From the NCBI GenBank assembly GCA_051047955.1, contig JBPGPT010000025.1, positions 62,001 to 126,000 on the forward strand: 64,000 nt of DNA, written 5' to 3'. Made by a program: the position numbers and the translations under genes. The notes beneath the pieces were generated by a model, which was given only the letters and a program-made list of their open reading frames with translations, had not been told where the DNA came from and made no database searches. Shown piece after piece: positions 1-13,800 of this stretch (position 1 is the stretch's first letter; every line of letters begins with the position of its first letter). The stretch comes from Cystobasidiomycetes sp. EMM_F5. Taxonomy: Eukaryota.

Positions 1-372
1 AGCGTATCAATGCAGGAAAAGTCATCAAGCGGTAGGTTGTGCGCAATGTCACGAGGCGAGTTTCAAGCTGAGTAGATTATGCGTTACAGATTCATTATGC
101 ATTCCCGAAAGTCTGCCCTTATCATCGAGCACGACTTTCTTCTCGCAACCTATCTTGCAGACAGGGTTGTCGTGTTTGGCGGTAAACCAGCAGTCGATGC
201 CCATGCTAGCGCGCCACAGACTCTGTTGAGCGGGATGAATAGCTTCCTCAAGAGCCTAGAAGTCACCTTTCGTCGTGATCCAACCAACTACCGGCCACGG
301 GTCAACAAGCGCGACTCGGTCAAGGATAGAGAGCAGAAGGCCGAAGGCAGGTACTTCTTCCTCGAGGATTGA
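1..372 (+). CDS. RLI1: ABCE1/RLI1 ribosome recycling ATPase, 3' end only (intron 32-89)
   Basis: Spliced translation ...[33 protein letters not shown]...[30 protein letters not shown] matches the conserved ABCE1 C-terminus; GT..CAG intron with GCTGAG branch point. Confidence 0.95.
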
Positions 373-941
373 GATTGAAAATCAAGCGCAGTGGCTTGTT
401 GCACTGGCCGCTCAGCGCCGCCGTGGAGATGGCAAACGCAACCTCAATGCCTGCATTGCGTGTATGCCGCGAAGCACTGCATGTGCTCGGTCGTGTGGCA
501 CCGACTCTAGCTCAAGCTCCTGCTGCATACGCTGCGCGCACACATGGATTGGGATATTTCGTGCAGGTACGCGTGCAGGCATGCATGCTCTGAACCAGCT
601 GCGTTGGCTGTCTGCAACTCGGCAGCGAGTCAAGTGGAAGTGACACTACGACTGGCGGGCTGCGGTCAGAGTCATTACTGGGATGTCTTGCATACTGCCA
701 TCGGATGCATATCTTCCAGAGTGGATTGGATTACCGCGGGCGCTACCTGCTGCGTTACCAATGGTGCAGAGTAGGCTTACTGTGTGACGCAGCCTTGTCT
801 CGGTCGTCTATTGTAAAATGTTGTAATTCAATAACAATTTCGACTGTTTGAACTCTCATCTTTACCTCTTGCAAACCAACAATCAGAGTATCCAGGCCAT
901 TCGATGCGGCCAGCCAGCAGCTGCGAGTGACTGTTGTCCGC

Positions 942-3141
942 ATGTCGTCTATCCGAAGGAGATCAACCCAGGGCATCCTGCGCGACCTGCCCGCCAGCAA
1001 CCGAGACGGTAACAACGATAGCAATGGCTTCCTCAGAGTGCCCGGCGACAAGCCAAGGGCGACTACGCAGCGGCCAGTCACTCGTCCACGGCGACGCTTC
1101 CACAGCGACAACGACCAGTCATGGCTGGGCCAGTCGATGCAAAAGCTCAGCAGTATCTTTGGACGGCGGAGGATCAGTCAGCGCGGATGGGCAAAGCTCC
1201 TCTTCTACCTCTTCGTCCTCGTCGCTGCCGTCTGGCTCATCGTCACCCTCGTCGCAGACCCCCCAGACCCCTTCCCCAGCACACTGCCCAATTCAGCAGA
1301 GGCAGTCAAAGAGGCTATCGGTCCGGAGCGCTGGCTGAAGAATCTATCGAAAAGTGCACCGTCTCCCTGCGAGTCTCCTTCATATCGCTTACTTGGACTT
1401 GTCCTTCTCCAGAAGCAAGGGCCAGGCATGCCCAAGTCTTGCAGAGCAAGAAGAGACTGGCAGACATCTACAAATCGATGAATGTATGCGGACCAAACGA
1501 CGTCTTGAGCAAGATTTACGGCAACAGCGCATTGACTAGCACTCGTGCGCACATTGGGTCATCTACTCGGATCCAACGCGTTATCCAAAAAGCTTTTAGC
1601 GGACAACCGCTGTGTAAGCGGATGGAAGTCATGGTGCTTGTGCAGTCATGTAGGCTGACAGTGTTCATGTGTTTGACCCGCCGACTCTCGCAGCCATTGC
1701 GTTCCTGGGCGGCTCAATCTCTGCGTGCCACGGCTTACACGGCGAGGCGGCACATCCTTTGGGCAATCCACTGTCTCCGCAAGGTTTTCCACACCGGATA
1801 TACAGCTGGCTTACGCAAACTTTTCCAAATGAAGACCATACGGTGACCAACGGGGCAGGTGTGTCGTCGAATTTGCCTCTTACTGTGTGTATTTTCGTGT
1901 AGCTGACAGTGTGCTACGCCAATGATGCCAGAACTCAAAACGGATACCACATACTTTGCCTACTGCTCTCATATGCATTTGCCCGACCATGTGGACCTCG
2001 TCATTCTGGAGTTTACTGCCGAGGATACGTCGTGCGTCATCTTGCTGTCTTCTGCCCGCATGTACGAGTCCGGGCTGACCTTGGAACCGAACCTAGGAAT
2101 GCCGAGGCCGCACGGAGTACCGAACTTTTGGTTCGCTCACTCCTCCTCCGGCCTCAACGTCCCGCCGTCCTCATGCTCAGCAGTTTCTCGCCTCAGACTC
2201 AGAGCGAGCACGGCTTTTATGACGCCGAAGTAGTCCACAACACTGTCGCCCGCTTCTATGACGTACCCCACATCAGCGTCAAGGGTCTCATTTACCATCG
2301 ATACTTGCTCAATTCGACCCAAGTCTCACAGACACACTTTCTCGATCCGATACTCATGAATGAGTCTGGACATACCCTACTGGCGGATGCGGCAATCGCT
2401 TACCTGCAAAGCGAAATCTGCGCGCATATCGAGGCGGTTCATTATGACGGCTCATTTCACGAGCACGGCACGGAGTCACTATTAGACTACGAATCAACGG
2501 AATCTGCTTCTCCGACAGAGTTCGCAGGAGACGCTGACATTGAACACAAGGATGGATCAAATGCCGAAAGTGATGTACCTCCCTTTCTCATGCTCGACAC
2601 CCCAGACGGAAACTGGCGTTCGCGAGACATTGTGCCATATTGCTTCACCGCAAATGCTCTTCTGCATCCTCTTCCCAACGACGCTCTCCGGGGCACAGGC
2701 TGGACGCGTGAGGATGCTGCTGGTTTCGACAAGAAAGCAAGTTGGTTTAGCGAGACGCCTGGCAGTCGCTTGAGGATACCGATCGAAGTCTCAGCCGGTG
2801 ACGTGTCGGTACGCTTCTCCCAGCAGCCTATAGAGCAGGGATATGGTCGTGCCAGCTGTTGGGTAGATGATAATAGCAGCGGAGCGGTTGTGCTGGTGGG
2901 CGTTACGTCTGGTCCAGAGGAAGTTGTGAGGTACGCCCGCTTATGTTTAGACAAGGGCGCGAAGTCTACTGGCTGACTTGTCAATTCCACGATGCCTCTT
3001 GTTCGAAACGTCTTTTTTGATAGCACCACCAATATCGATCACAACGTTCCGGCAGGCAAGCACTTTGTCGAGTGCGAACTGTTGGCCGCTGACGGGGACC
3101 GTGGCCTCCCATTCAAGATTTACGCAGTATTTAGCACTTAG
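942..3141 (+). CDS. CAP64: CAP64/CAS3-family type II membrane protein (SGNH-hydrolase-like, capsule-associated), multi-exon
   Basis: N-terminal TM (LLFYLFVLVAAVWLIVTLV); GSSTRIQRVIQKAFSGQPL / IAFLGGSISACHG block; DLVILEF; DPILMNESGHTLLAD; C-terminal beta domain GRASCWVDDN...HFVECELL...FKIYAVFST*. These motifs resemble Cryptococcus Cap64/Cas3 proteins. Confidence 0.8.
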
Positions 3142-3513
3142 ACTCCGCCCTCGTGTGAGGATCAACGGTCTGTTACCACCCTCTTGGCGGGCAAACCTGA
3201 GGGCAAGGCGTGGTCGTGTACTAGATGTTGGGCTGTCTTAGATTGTTGTCTAGGTGTAGTGTTCGTATTTGCAAGCTGCACAGCGGTCACTTCGGATAGT
3301 AACAAGGGCCATGCGGCGAGAGTTCTCACCCTTCAAGATGGCTAGAAATCGTTTATCTCCATCAAGAACACCGACCACTAAGCAAGAACACTACCATCAG
3401 CAGCAGCCGCTATCGAAGCCATCAACGTGCTCCCCCGCTGTCTGGACTGACTCTGGCAACGTTCAGTAACGGCTTGACGGGCGAGTTGGCCACATTGGGG
3501 CAATCCGGCTGCC

Positions 3514-6017
3514 ATGTCTGGACGTGTGAGTTGGCATATAATTTGGAGCGGATCACTGGCTGCACGCTGTGGACGCTGTCTACGGTCAAGGTGTTGATGC
3601 ATTCTTCTCAAACTCGCCCTCCTTCTCCTCGTATCTCTTTCAGCTGCTCGGAGTGCCAGACACATCGCAGGTGACCAGGAGGAGCAGCATACAGGTCGAA
3701 GCAGGTCTCGGCCAACCACTCCGGAGACGCAGCAGTGCGCTCAGCGATGGCATCGGTCCGGGCAAAGCGCCAGCGCGACATGGCGCTCGAGGAGAGAAGG
3801 ATGCGTCAACGTCTGACCGGCTGGCACAATCTTCCCGGAGCGAGCCATTGCGGTATCTTTCAGATATCCTGCAGCGGCCTCTGTTGGTGATCGCGCTCGT
3901 GTTGGCTGTGGTGGTGTATGCGACCCGAAACTCGTCGGTCTCGACCAGTCTTCCGTTCGAATCGTACAGCAGAGGGCACAAACACAAAGACCTAGGATTC
4001 GCTCTTGATGACGAAGATCAATTTCTCGACTGGATCAAAGCACCCCTTCTTGAAGAGGAGCGTCCTTTTACATATACGCCCAAGAAGCGAAGCAAAAAGT
4101 TACGCGTGCTTTTCCTACATGATTATCTAGGTGAGCCATTTCAAGACTTCCCTCATGTTTCCTCGTCAACTGAATGTCACCGCAATTCCGTTTGAAACAA
4201 TCCCGTAGCCGCCGTCAGGACCTACGATTCCTTTGTCCTAGACGTGTACAGTGAGCAACTTCTACTAGCGCTGCCTGCAACCTCTTTACGGATTGCTGAC
4301 TTCTCTTGCGGTCGCTTTATCCGAATACAGAGGCCTCATTGGAACATCCCTACGTCGAAGCACACTTGTGGGGCCCACGTACGTGCATTTCTGGTATTGA
4401 TCCACCACAGAGCTGACGATAGCCGCTGCGCTTCCTAGATTTCGAAGGCTACGACCTTAAGCAACACTTCGTCAAGAATGTAGAAAGGCAATATGGCTGT
4501 GGCTACTTCGACATAGTTTACACATTCTACGGGCGATCAGCCCCCCTACTCTTCCCGCCATCTGCTGTACGATGGTGGGAGAGTCCCGTCGACAAAGCTT
4601 TTGGGTGTGGAACCATTTTTGCGATCAAAACGGGAGACTGTACGGTTGGTCAGTGCCCAGAAGGTCACTTCCAATGGCTGGGCAATATAACGCTAGTACG
4701 GTAGGTTGATTCGGCTCACCTGCTCCGGATCAATAGTGCAAATCTTAATTGAGCCGCTACAGCTACGCGATGGAGCTGACCGAGGTATACTCATACGATC
4801 GATTGGTCGACCTCAAAGAAAAACGTCTTTTGGGATACAACCCACCTTTCCAGCTCTACGCTCACGTCCCAGACTCTGCCCATACTGCTAATTATTATCC
4901 ACCGGTGCGGCTTAGCTAGAATTGTGGCTCTACGTCAATGACTGAACCCAACGGACAGGAAAATTGGGAAGACAAAGTCGAGGACGTCCAGCTTTTCGGC
5001 AAATCGGAGCCCTACTATCCCCTGAGGTGCGCAGACTTACTTGCAGACGTGACTTTCGGACTGACTTCGTATAATACAATACAAAGATACAAGCTGGTTG
5101 CTGCTATCGAAGATGGGGAGACTTTCATCAAGCAGGCTGATAGTAAATCTAACAGTACATATCCAACCCGAGAGTGGCTGGCGACACTAGGGCCAGGTCC
5201 ACCAAACAACTTGACTGGCGATTATTTCGAATTTTACTATGCCAACGATGCTGCGTTTGCTGCAGATCTCCGGAGAACAAAGATATGCGTTTTCGATGGG
5301 TCGGTACAGAAAAAGGCGATTCGTAAATACATGCAGGCCAGTCTCACTGGGTAGGTGGTCCGATATTTGTTTTGCTGTGTGCGAAACGTCCTGACTGTAT
5401 CACATTTTCCCTGCACAGATGTGTTATAGCGGGCGAAATTCCTGATGAGCATCAAGAAATTTTGAGACCTAACATGGTGGAACTCAAGGCCTCTTGGCCC
5501 ATGTCAGTAAGTCGGGGAGCGATTTTCATGCGGCAGCTGAACTCTTGACTGAGAATACAATAACTGGTGCCAGCGTATCAATGCCATCCTGCGAGAAGCA
5601 CTTGCAGACCCTGCAGAGCTTCAGCGGAAAGCCTCGACAATGTTTGCATATGCGAGTCAGCACTGGACTTCCTTGCACGAAATGGACAACATTCTCGACT
5701 TGGCTGAACGATACCGTGCTGGCGAGAGAGGATATGCTTCGACTGTAGATTTTGCTTCTGTCTGTCGCGACTACTTTGCTCCAAATGAAATGAACCCCGG
5801 TGAGCTATGTTTCTGCCCGAAGATCAAGCTCGTACAACTTATTGTTGCCTGTACAGTCTACCTTCTGACACCCGAGATGATGGAGGCCTATCCCATTTTC
5901 CGTTACGTGCCGCCTTGGTGTACTGGAAAGGACTTTAGGACACTTCATCCACCCCCACGATTTGTCCGGGACCACAACGACATCCTGCCGGTACAGCCAC
6001 CTCCTAAAGAATGGTAG
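3514..6017 (+). CDS. Uncharacterised type II membrane protein, putative GT-B glycosyltransferase, multi-exon
   Basis: Proposed micro first exon MSGR (3514-3525) spliced to 3644; TM LLVIALVLAVVVYA; luminal domain RVLFLHDY..., EAHLWGP, VQLFG...YYPLR and KICVFDGS..KKAIRKYMQASLTG-CVIAGEIP, which resembles the C-terminal nucleotide-sugar binding lobe of GT-B enzymes. Start codon uncertain. Confidence 0.6.
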
Positions 6018-6386
6018 CAACCGCTGTAGCGCAAAGATGAGCACGGGTTCTATGGCGTCAACGGTATATTATGTTGTCATTGTCTTGACCGATATGGGCA
6101 GAGCTGCCTCTGTATATAGGTTCCACTTAGAAGCAGCCAGCTATTGACTAAATGGCGTGTTCTATTCGTCCCGGCAGCTCTTGATACCGACTTCAAGTTG
6201 CCCCGCTTTGACTATCAATACCCTGTCTAATCTTGGGCTTTTGGGGCTACTCGGTACTTGGCGAAACGCATACAAATGCACTAGGGAGCTTCACAAATAA
6301 CTTGACGTTGTCGTTATCGAGCCCAATCTCCATCATTAACAAACCCAAGTCAGAACTTGCGACATTAGTCGTCTTTCAACGCATCC

Positions 6387-8506
6387 ATGTCGGCATTCGG
6401 AAAGCTGTTTGGGACTTCAGAGACGACTGCCAATGCGGATACTGGACTGCAAGCACTGTTTGAGGCGTCGAGGCAGAAGGGTACTGCGTCGGCAAGCGAT
6501 GCTGTCGCCAGGCTCAAGCAGGTAAAGCAGAATGGTCTACCAGCCAGCCAGCCAGTCGCAAAGGCTAACGTTGCACACAGAGAGCACTCGCAAAGGCTGT
6601 AAAACCCCCAGAAGCAATTATTGCGGCCGCTCAAGCCGCAAAGTCCAAATCGCAATCTTTGGCGACTAAACCGAAATCTGTTCACAAGAGTCTTAAACGC
6701 AAAGCGGACGATACTGACGACGATGGGGAAGATAAAGTAGACCACAGAAATAGTCAGAGCAACGGCCAGAAGACTGTCCAGCAGAGGCAGAGCAGCTCAG
6801 AAAAGCATGGCCAGAAAAGTGCAAAACGAGACAATGCTGGCGAGGATGGGAGCGGAACGGGTGGAGGCAGCAGCAGCGAGGATGATGAACCGCTCGTTCA
6901 CGAAACCGTAGCGAGATTACAGAATGGCACAAATCGAAACTCGAGAAAATCGCTAGGATCCAGCCGCGAGAATGTGCTACACGCAGACGAAAGCCCTGCT
7001 GACAAGAATGGACGTACAGTCTTCCTTGGTAACGTACCTGTTGCTTGTGCAACCAAAAGCGTACGTTCTTCTGCGATTTGAGCACGGTTCGGTCCTCCGC
7101 TGACTCTTCTACGCTGCCCACAGAGCGCACGGAAAGCTCTCGTCCGTCATCTGATCTCGACCTTACCTACCACTCCTATCGACTATACTGCTCTTATTCG
7201 CCTTGATACTATACGTTTCCGGTCGATACAGCTTGCTGCGCCCGTGCCCGCCAATGCCGGCTTGAGAGAAGCTGCACCAGCGGACAGTGATACTGCGCAT
7301 GAAACCGAGGAACCAGGTGCGTCTTCTTCGGAACCACGCAGTCGCCGGAGAGCCAGGCAATGGAGAGAAGAGGAGGAGGAAGCGACTTCAGAACATCCAA
7401 GTCGGCCGAAATTCCTCACGGCTGCACAAAAGCGTAAGGTTGCCTTTATCACCGGTGATATACACGAAAAGGCTACGACGTGTAATGCCTATGCTGTATG
7501 GACGACTCGAGACCCTGCGATTGCTTCGCCGCAACAACTCGCCGGCTTGATTGTCAAGCACGCCAATAACACGGAATTCGAGGGCTTGACTTGCCGAGTA
7601 GACCATGTGAATACTTCCCAGGCGAAGGATATCAACGCAGACGATCGAAACAATCTAGCCTTACAAAAGGGGAGTGCTGAAGACGAGAAGCGGACCCTCT
7701 TTCTCGGCGGAATAGATTTCGAAGAAACTGAGCAGTCTGTTCGTACCCTCTGTGAAGGCTTGATGACTGCAGAAAGAGGCAATGTTGAGGATGGATCAGG
7801 CACTTGGGTCGAACGGGTCCGGCTAGTGAAAGATCCCGAAACAGGCCTTGGAAAGGGTTTTGCATACGTCTTATTCAAGGTGAGTACGTGAGCCGCGGTC
7901 GGCTTAGATCGAAGCTGACAATCTGCTACTACGTAGGATCGCGAATGCGTAGACGAAATGCTGGCTGTGGACGGATCCAGAGTCAAGCTAAGTAAGCGAA
8001 AACTCAGAATGGAGAGATGCAAGAGTACGAGCGCCATTGCTGCTGCCAAGAAAGTAGCTGAGGCGAAAGCAGCTCGTCTTGCGCGAGCAGCTGCTAAGAC
8101 CGAGGGCAAAACATCGAAGAACAAGCATATTTCAAAGCCAAGAGACAGTACTGCAAGCAGTAGTGCGCAGAACGAACCGGCGCGCGAGGCTGAATCCAAG
8201 GTACGGCCAGATATTGGGGAGGATCTGCGAAAGTTCTCGAAGGACGAGCGCAGAGCCATCAAGAGCAGCGATGCGGAGCGGTTGGCTCGGAGGATGGAGA
8301 AGAAGGAGATGCGGCGTGCCTCTTTGCGGGCAGAGAAGGCCAAGAGTGTGATTGACGCAAAGCTTCGAAAGACTGCGGCTGGCAAGGTGGGCCGGCGCAG
8401 TGTCTCTGGCTTAGGCCAGACGTCTGGCAGTGTGACGAAGAAGAAGGTCAGGGTCCGCAGCGACAGGGCGGAGAGGCGGCGGAACACCAAGAAGATTGAT
8501 CCTTAA
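6387..8506 (+). CDS. NOP12: Nucleolar protein 12 (RBM34-like, two RRMs)
   Basis: RTVFLGNVP; KRKVAFITG...CNAYAV; RTLFLGGIDFEETE...VERVRLVKDPETGLGKGFAYVLFK; KRKLRMERCK; Lys/Arg-rich tail; three introns. Confidence 0.9.
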
Positions 8507-8654
8507 GACATGTGAATCGCGCGCGGTTCCACGACCACGCTGTCGTATGCTCAAGCCGTTGTTGTAACAACTTTGTCTAATCTACAGAAAGGACGTCATT
8601 GGATGCAAGTCCCCAGCCCGTGTCCTTTCGTCTTTTAGTATACAGTCCGGCGTA

Positions 8655-10613
8655 CTACCTACTCAAAGCATCCTCATCTATGACCAGTGGCTCGTCTAGC
8701 GACGTGCGCGTCTCTATGCTCGGCAGATACTCTGCATTGTCCTCTGCTCGCTGAGTCGCATCTGCTACTCCGACAGCTATGAATCCACCCAATACGAGTC
8801 CAGCACCAACAAAGAACCAGACTCCACCCACAGTTGTTCCGAGAAACAGATCTCCAAACACGGCCAGAGGAATGGTCAATGACAGACCCAATGTCACAGC
8901 CAATGGCGAAGTCATAAGCTATGCGATTTATTCACAGTCAATGAGTGTATGAAATGATAAGAAAGGCAGTCGTACCATCGAGGTCATCATCAACATGTCT
9001 TTTTGGTGAAACTCATCAGTCAGCTTGCATATCAAGGCAAGAATGCTAGGACTGACCAGACGCGCTGTAAGTTTTCGGATTCATCAGCGCCAATCACGAC
9101 ATTCCTTTGCTATCGAACAGCTTACAAGGTAATGAAGGCATTGATTACCAGTAACAGCAGTATCTCGGACTGCTTCGGCCATTCGAGTCGCTCGACTCCT
9201 GTAAGATGTAAAACGACCAGTATGGGCCAGAAGAAGAGTGTGTTCCAGCTGTACCGCACGCACTGTCAGCCGACTACAGCGACGCGCGTGCTCGTCCGCT
9301 TACGCGCCAACAAAGCCAAAAAATTGTGTCATGCTGAAGAGTTTCGTGGGATTGTAATTAGCACATAATTTAGATAATCGAATGACGTAACTGTGATCTT
9401 ACGATATGCGAGTCTCGTCGCCCGTCTTGGCCTTTAGTAACAGTGTGTATACAGCATACAGCGCGGCAGAAGCTACGGAAAGAGCATCTCCAAGAAAAGG
9501 GTATTTGGGTGCGAAGTTGTTGACTGCAGCGACGACATCTGCTGGACTTGGCGGAGAAATGCCACCCATGTTGCCCTCCTGCACATGCGTAATGCCATTG
9601 TCCGCTTTCGAGACGAGGACGACCCCAATTATGCTGGGATGCATAATGTTGGTTTCTGTAACAGCGATAGACACTCTGAGCTCGACTTACCTGGCCAATA
9701 CGGCCAATAAGCGCGTCAGATTGAAGCGCTCGATGCCAAACAGGGCTCCCAGTCCGAGCGTGAAGAGACCGCTCAGGGACGACAAGATTGTGACACTAGA
9801 GACTGTGGTATGCGCAAGAGCAGCGTTGATTGTCACGTTGGCTGCAAACCTGCGCGACCCTGATGGTTTGTATGTACGTTGTATGGGGCGAGAAATGCAC
9901 ACTTACCATATAGCACAGAAGGCCAGAGCCAGCTTGCTGGTTTCTAGCGTAGTCAACGGTGGGGCCAGATCCACTGCAGTTCTTTCGACGGAACTTGACC
10001 TCCGGCTGACGCGCCTGACTAAGTCTGCAGTATCCGAGTTTTGCGATGTAGTTCGGTCGAGCAATGGTTGATATGCTCCCCTTGGCCACCGTGTTAGTTA
10101 CATGGGTTTATTCAATTGTAAATTTAAGTGGTACTTATTCACCTAGTTCTCCTGGGTGCGTCTTTGTCCGCTTGTGCTGGGATGTCTGATCGTTTCCGCC
10201 ACCTTCGAAACGCAAAGGGGACGAGATAGATGGTGAAAGTGGCCGTACACAGGTAGGTTGTCAGGAAGGCTGTCGGAATTGGTAAATGTATCAGCAGATA
10301 TGGCTACTATCGACATGATGTATGCCCGACGTTTGTTGTACTGCAAATCTGTAAAGAGGGCCTATCGAGAGACACAATGCTGGATTTAGCCTGTAGTTAG
10401 TATACGGACTGCACTCATTCGAGCACACATTAGTTATGAATGAAGAACTGCCGCGTCCGTCCCCTGACAAATCAGTTCATGTTTTTGGATATATATCCTT
10501 CCAGAGACGTACCCCGTCCAGAGCGTCACAACGAGCAGGAGCAGGAAATAGCCCAGACTTGTCCGGCTCCAGGGCTGGCTTTGCGGAGCGAGGTGGGCAT
10601 CATTGTCGTCCAT
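8655..10613 (-). CDS. SLC35F5/THI74/YML018C-like DMT-superfamily transporter, many exons
   Basis: LGYFLLLLVVTLW; KPFLTTYLCTATF; NAALAHTTVSSVTILSSLSGLFTL; LGDALSVASAALYAVY; TSPLAVTLGLSLTIPLAVFGD. Confidence 0.85.
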
Positions 10614-10830
10614 GTAGACGTCAGAAAGAAGAGCCAGCCAGCCAGCCAGCCCAGCCTTTTCTCTTTCTTTGCGGAAAACGGCTGGACACTTCTGCGTCTT
10701 GACCACAACTGAGCACGGAAAACATTCGCTCGACTGCTGCTGGAAAGCGTTCCGGGACTCGCTGACGCTCCAGAGTTGGCGTACTATGCGGTAGTCTGGC
10801 TGCTCGCAAGAACACCCTCTAACCCCCGAT

Positions 10831-13800
10831 ATGGCTCAGGATATCTGGAACTACAGCGTCGGGGGTGAGCTATTGCGTTGCAGAACGGCACAGTATCAAT
10901 CTGACAATTGTAACGCATTGCGCTTGATAAAGACCACGTCTACGTCGCCCCGCCGTACGAGACCCGCGATGGCTCTCCATACATGATTTGCCGTGTACTG
11001 GCACTCGCGGCGGCAGACGCAGCCAACACCAGTCGACACGAGCCAAAGGCCAAAGTAGCCTACTACCTCCGGAGACGAGATGTCACAAACCGTTCACTCG
11101 CAGACCATCGCGTTATTTTTGCAACCTTTATGGACGGCCTAGTGCCCATGTCGCACATACGCGGCAGGTGCAGAGTCATGCACAAGGACTACCTTGCGGA
11201 TCCAGAAAAGTACAAACGCGAAGACGATAGCTTTGTGTTTTCGCAGGTGAGTAGCCGGACAGAAGAAAAGAGCAATCCCGAGACAAACTAATATCAACCG
11301 AAATGCGTGGCTTTGTCCGGGCTGATCTGGCAGATTTACGACCGCTTCATGCACAAACCATTCGACTTGATTCCCACATCGCAGGTCTTGAACGCGCCGG
11401 GTGCGTAGGGCAGCACTCTCCAAACACTTTAAACCTCCTTTACGCGTAGCTGACTCAAAGTGGCGAATGAAACAGACAACATTTTGGAATATCTGCGCAG
11501 CAATTTCGAGTTTGTATGCACAGAACTCGGATCCAGCAGTGATCTGTGCGACGCCATGCAGGGCTGCACAAAGTGCCATGCCCACGCTGCAAAGTAAGTC
11601 ATGGCTCTCCACCACTGTCACGTGACCCTTATGGACTCATGTTCCATCAGAGACTCTTCCGTTACTTGCTGCTTGTGCGGACACAATTACCACTTGACGT
11701 GTCTGGAGCCGCCTTTGTCTCGTAAACCAGCACTGGGCTGGCGGTGGTCTTGTATACCCTGCACAATCTCTGCCGATAGTAGCGGTTCAGGCGGAGATGA
11801 CGACGAGGAAGCTGCAATAAATGGTCATGCAGATGGTGCAAAAGCGTCAGTGTCGACTGACGCTAATGGAGATCGAAATACAAAACACATCAAACGGGCT
11901 ACCCTGTCTGCACCTCGCGTCTCGGCAAAGAAGAAAAGTCGTGCTCGCGTAGAATTTGGTGGAAAGGGACCGGAACTCGTTCCGCAACTTGACGTTTCGA
12001 AATGGAAGCAAATCAATGGTTGGCCATGGCGCTATTTTGGTCAATACGTCGATATGTCTTCTATCTTGGATCCGCACGATTCGATATGGCCTAGAGCCTC
12101 TACGCGCACCGGTAGCCGTTTCCAAGCGAGCGACATACCTGGTGATACCGCCGAACCATTGAACAGATGGTTTAGAACAACTCGTAAACCGGGCAGGAAG
12201 CGGAAAGCTGTTGTATTGGCCGACCCTGCTCAAGTACGTGGCGAAGACGGAGCGTCCACACTACTATGGTCACCGACGTCATCAAGTTTCTCGAATGCTG
12301 ATGGTGAGTGCGTATGTTTATATATGCGCATGCCTCTTAGCAATGCGTACGGCATGGAATTATCACAGTCGACGACTACATGCGGCAAGTGCGAGCACTG
12401 CCTTCGCTGCAAAGTTTCATCAACGTGGACGCTCTGATCCTGGCGTTGAAGGTCCTTGCAAAATCATCAACTGTTGATATGGCTGTATCAAGTTTTGCTG
12501 AAGAGGTAGCGTCCGAATTCACCGGTCATGGTTCCCTCTCCGTGTGGAATGATGTCGACAAAGCTACTTTTCGCAAAAATATCGACAATTTCGATGATCA
12601 GCTTTCCGATTTTCGCTCCAACCTACCGCGGAAAACGAACGCAGAAATCGTTCATCATTATTATTATACGGCAGGCCATTCGAGACAAGATACACATCCA
12701 GAAGAAGCCAAGCAGCAAGACGAAATTGTCAACGTCCTTGATCCCTTGAGAGCTAAAGAATCTGTTGCCCAGACTGACGACCTGGATGAGGCTCTCAGCT
12801 TGGAAGAACAAAACGCTGACAAGGGTTCAATGGCTGGTAGTCCACCCCCGGTAGGCAGGGGTCGAGCTCGTCGTGAGTGTGCTATCTGTTACACCGACAA
12901 TTGCGACATTTGGTATCGATGTCCGGACGGGATCGGGGACATGTCGTACGGTCGAAGAGAGAAGGTAATGTGCGACTCTTGCAGTACTCAGTGGCGGCGA
13001 TGTAAGAATTCTACATCAACGGGCCGCGCATATTGGGCTCAGAAACTGTTGATACCCACAGATGGCAATCCTCATCCGGCTCTCTCGCAAGTCGAAATCG
13101 ATACACGTGCTGCTCGCGATGGCAAAAAGAGGAAGCAACCAACCGGACATCTCGGTTCCGGGAGAACTGCCCGTTCCAAGGCTCCGACTTCTGTTACGGC
13201 CTCGACTGTTGTTTCGCGCACTGTCAGCCCGGTGGATGAGCCAGGAAACGAAGAAGAAGGCACGGGTCCACTCGTCGAGGAAGAGTCGACCAATAACCGA
13301 CCTACGCTGTCCGAGACCGAAGTTGAGCAGCTTGTGCACGCTACCGATGATGAAGCGGATTCTCTTGTGGAGCCCCCACAAGTATCAACGATCCCGATTG
13401 TACGCAACAAGGTCAAATCCTGTGTCATGTGCAAACGTCCGGAGCCCAAGCAGACCAACTACACCTGCGCCGGATGCGGTGTCGTCTGTCATTCAGGTGA
13501 GCGATTCGTAGTGCACATTCGTGCGTGATCTAGCCTGACATGACACCGTCAGCCTGTTATGGCATCAAAGAAAAGCAGCGGCAAAAGGACTGGTATTGCG
13601 ATGCGTGCGAGTACGATAGGAATCAGGAACGCCCCATCCAAGTTGATGTGAGCTCTATGCATCGTCTCCATGCTGCCGAGCTGAGATTGCGTTCAGGAGA
13701 GGCATTGCGAACTATGTCCACACAAAGTCCCGGGCTCGCATCACCCGGAAGTGCTAAAGGCTTTCAAAATGACAGACAGCGGTCTTTACGTGCACCTGCT

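Noticed and set aside
3338..3469. 43-codon ATG ORF upstream of the GT-like gene (uORF or alternative first exon)
   Set aside because: No convincing splice path or recognisable motif; cannot be distinguished from chance.
7489..8490. 333 aa antisense ORF opposite NOP12
   Set aside because: Shadow of the Lys/Arg/Ala-rich NOP12 coding strand; no independent motif.
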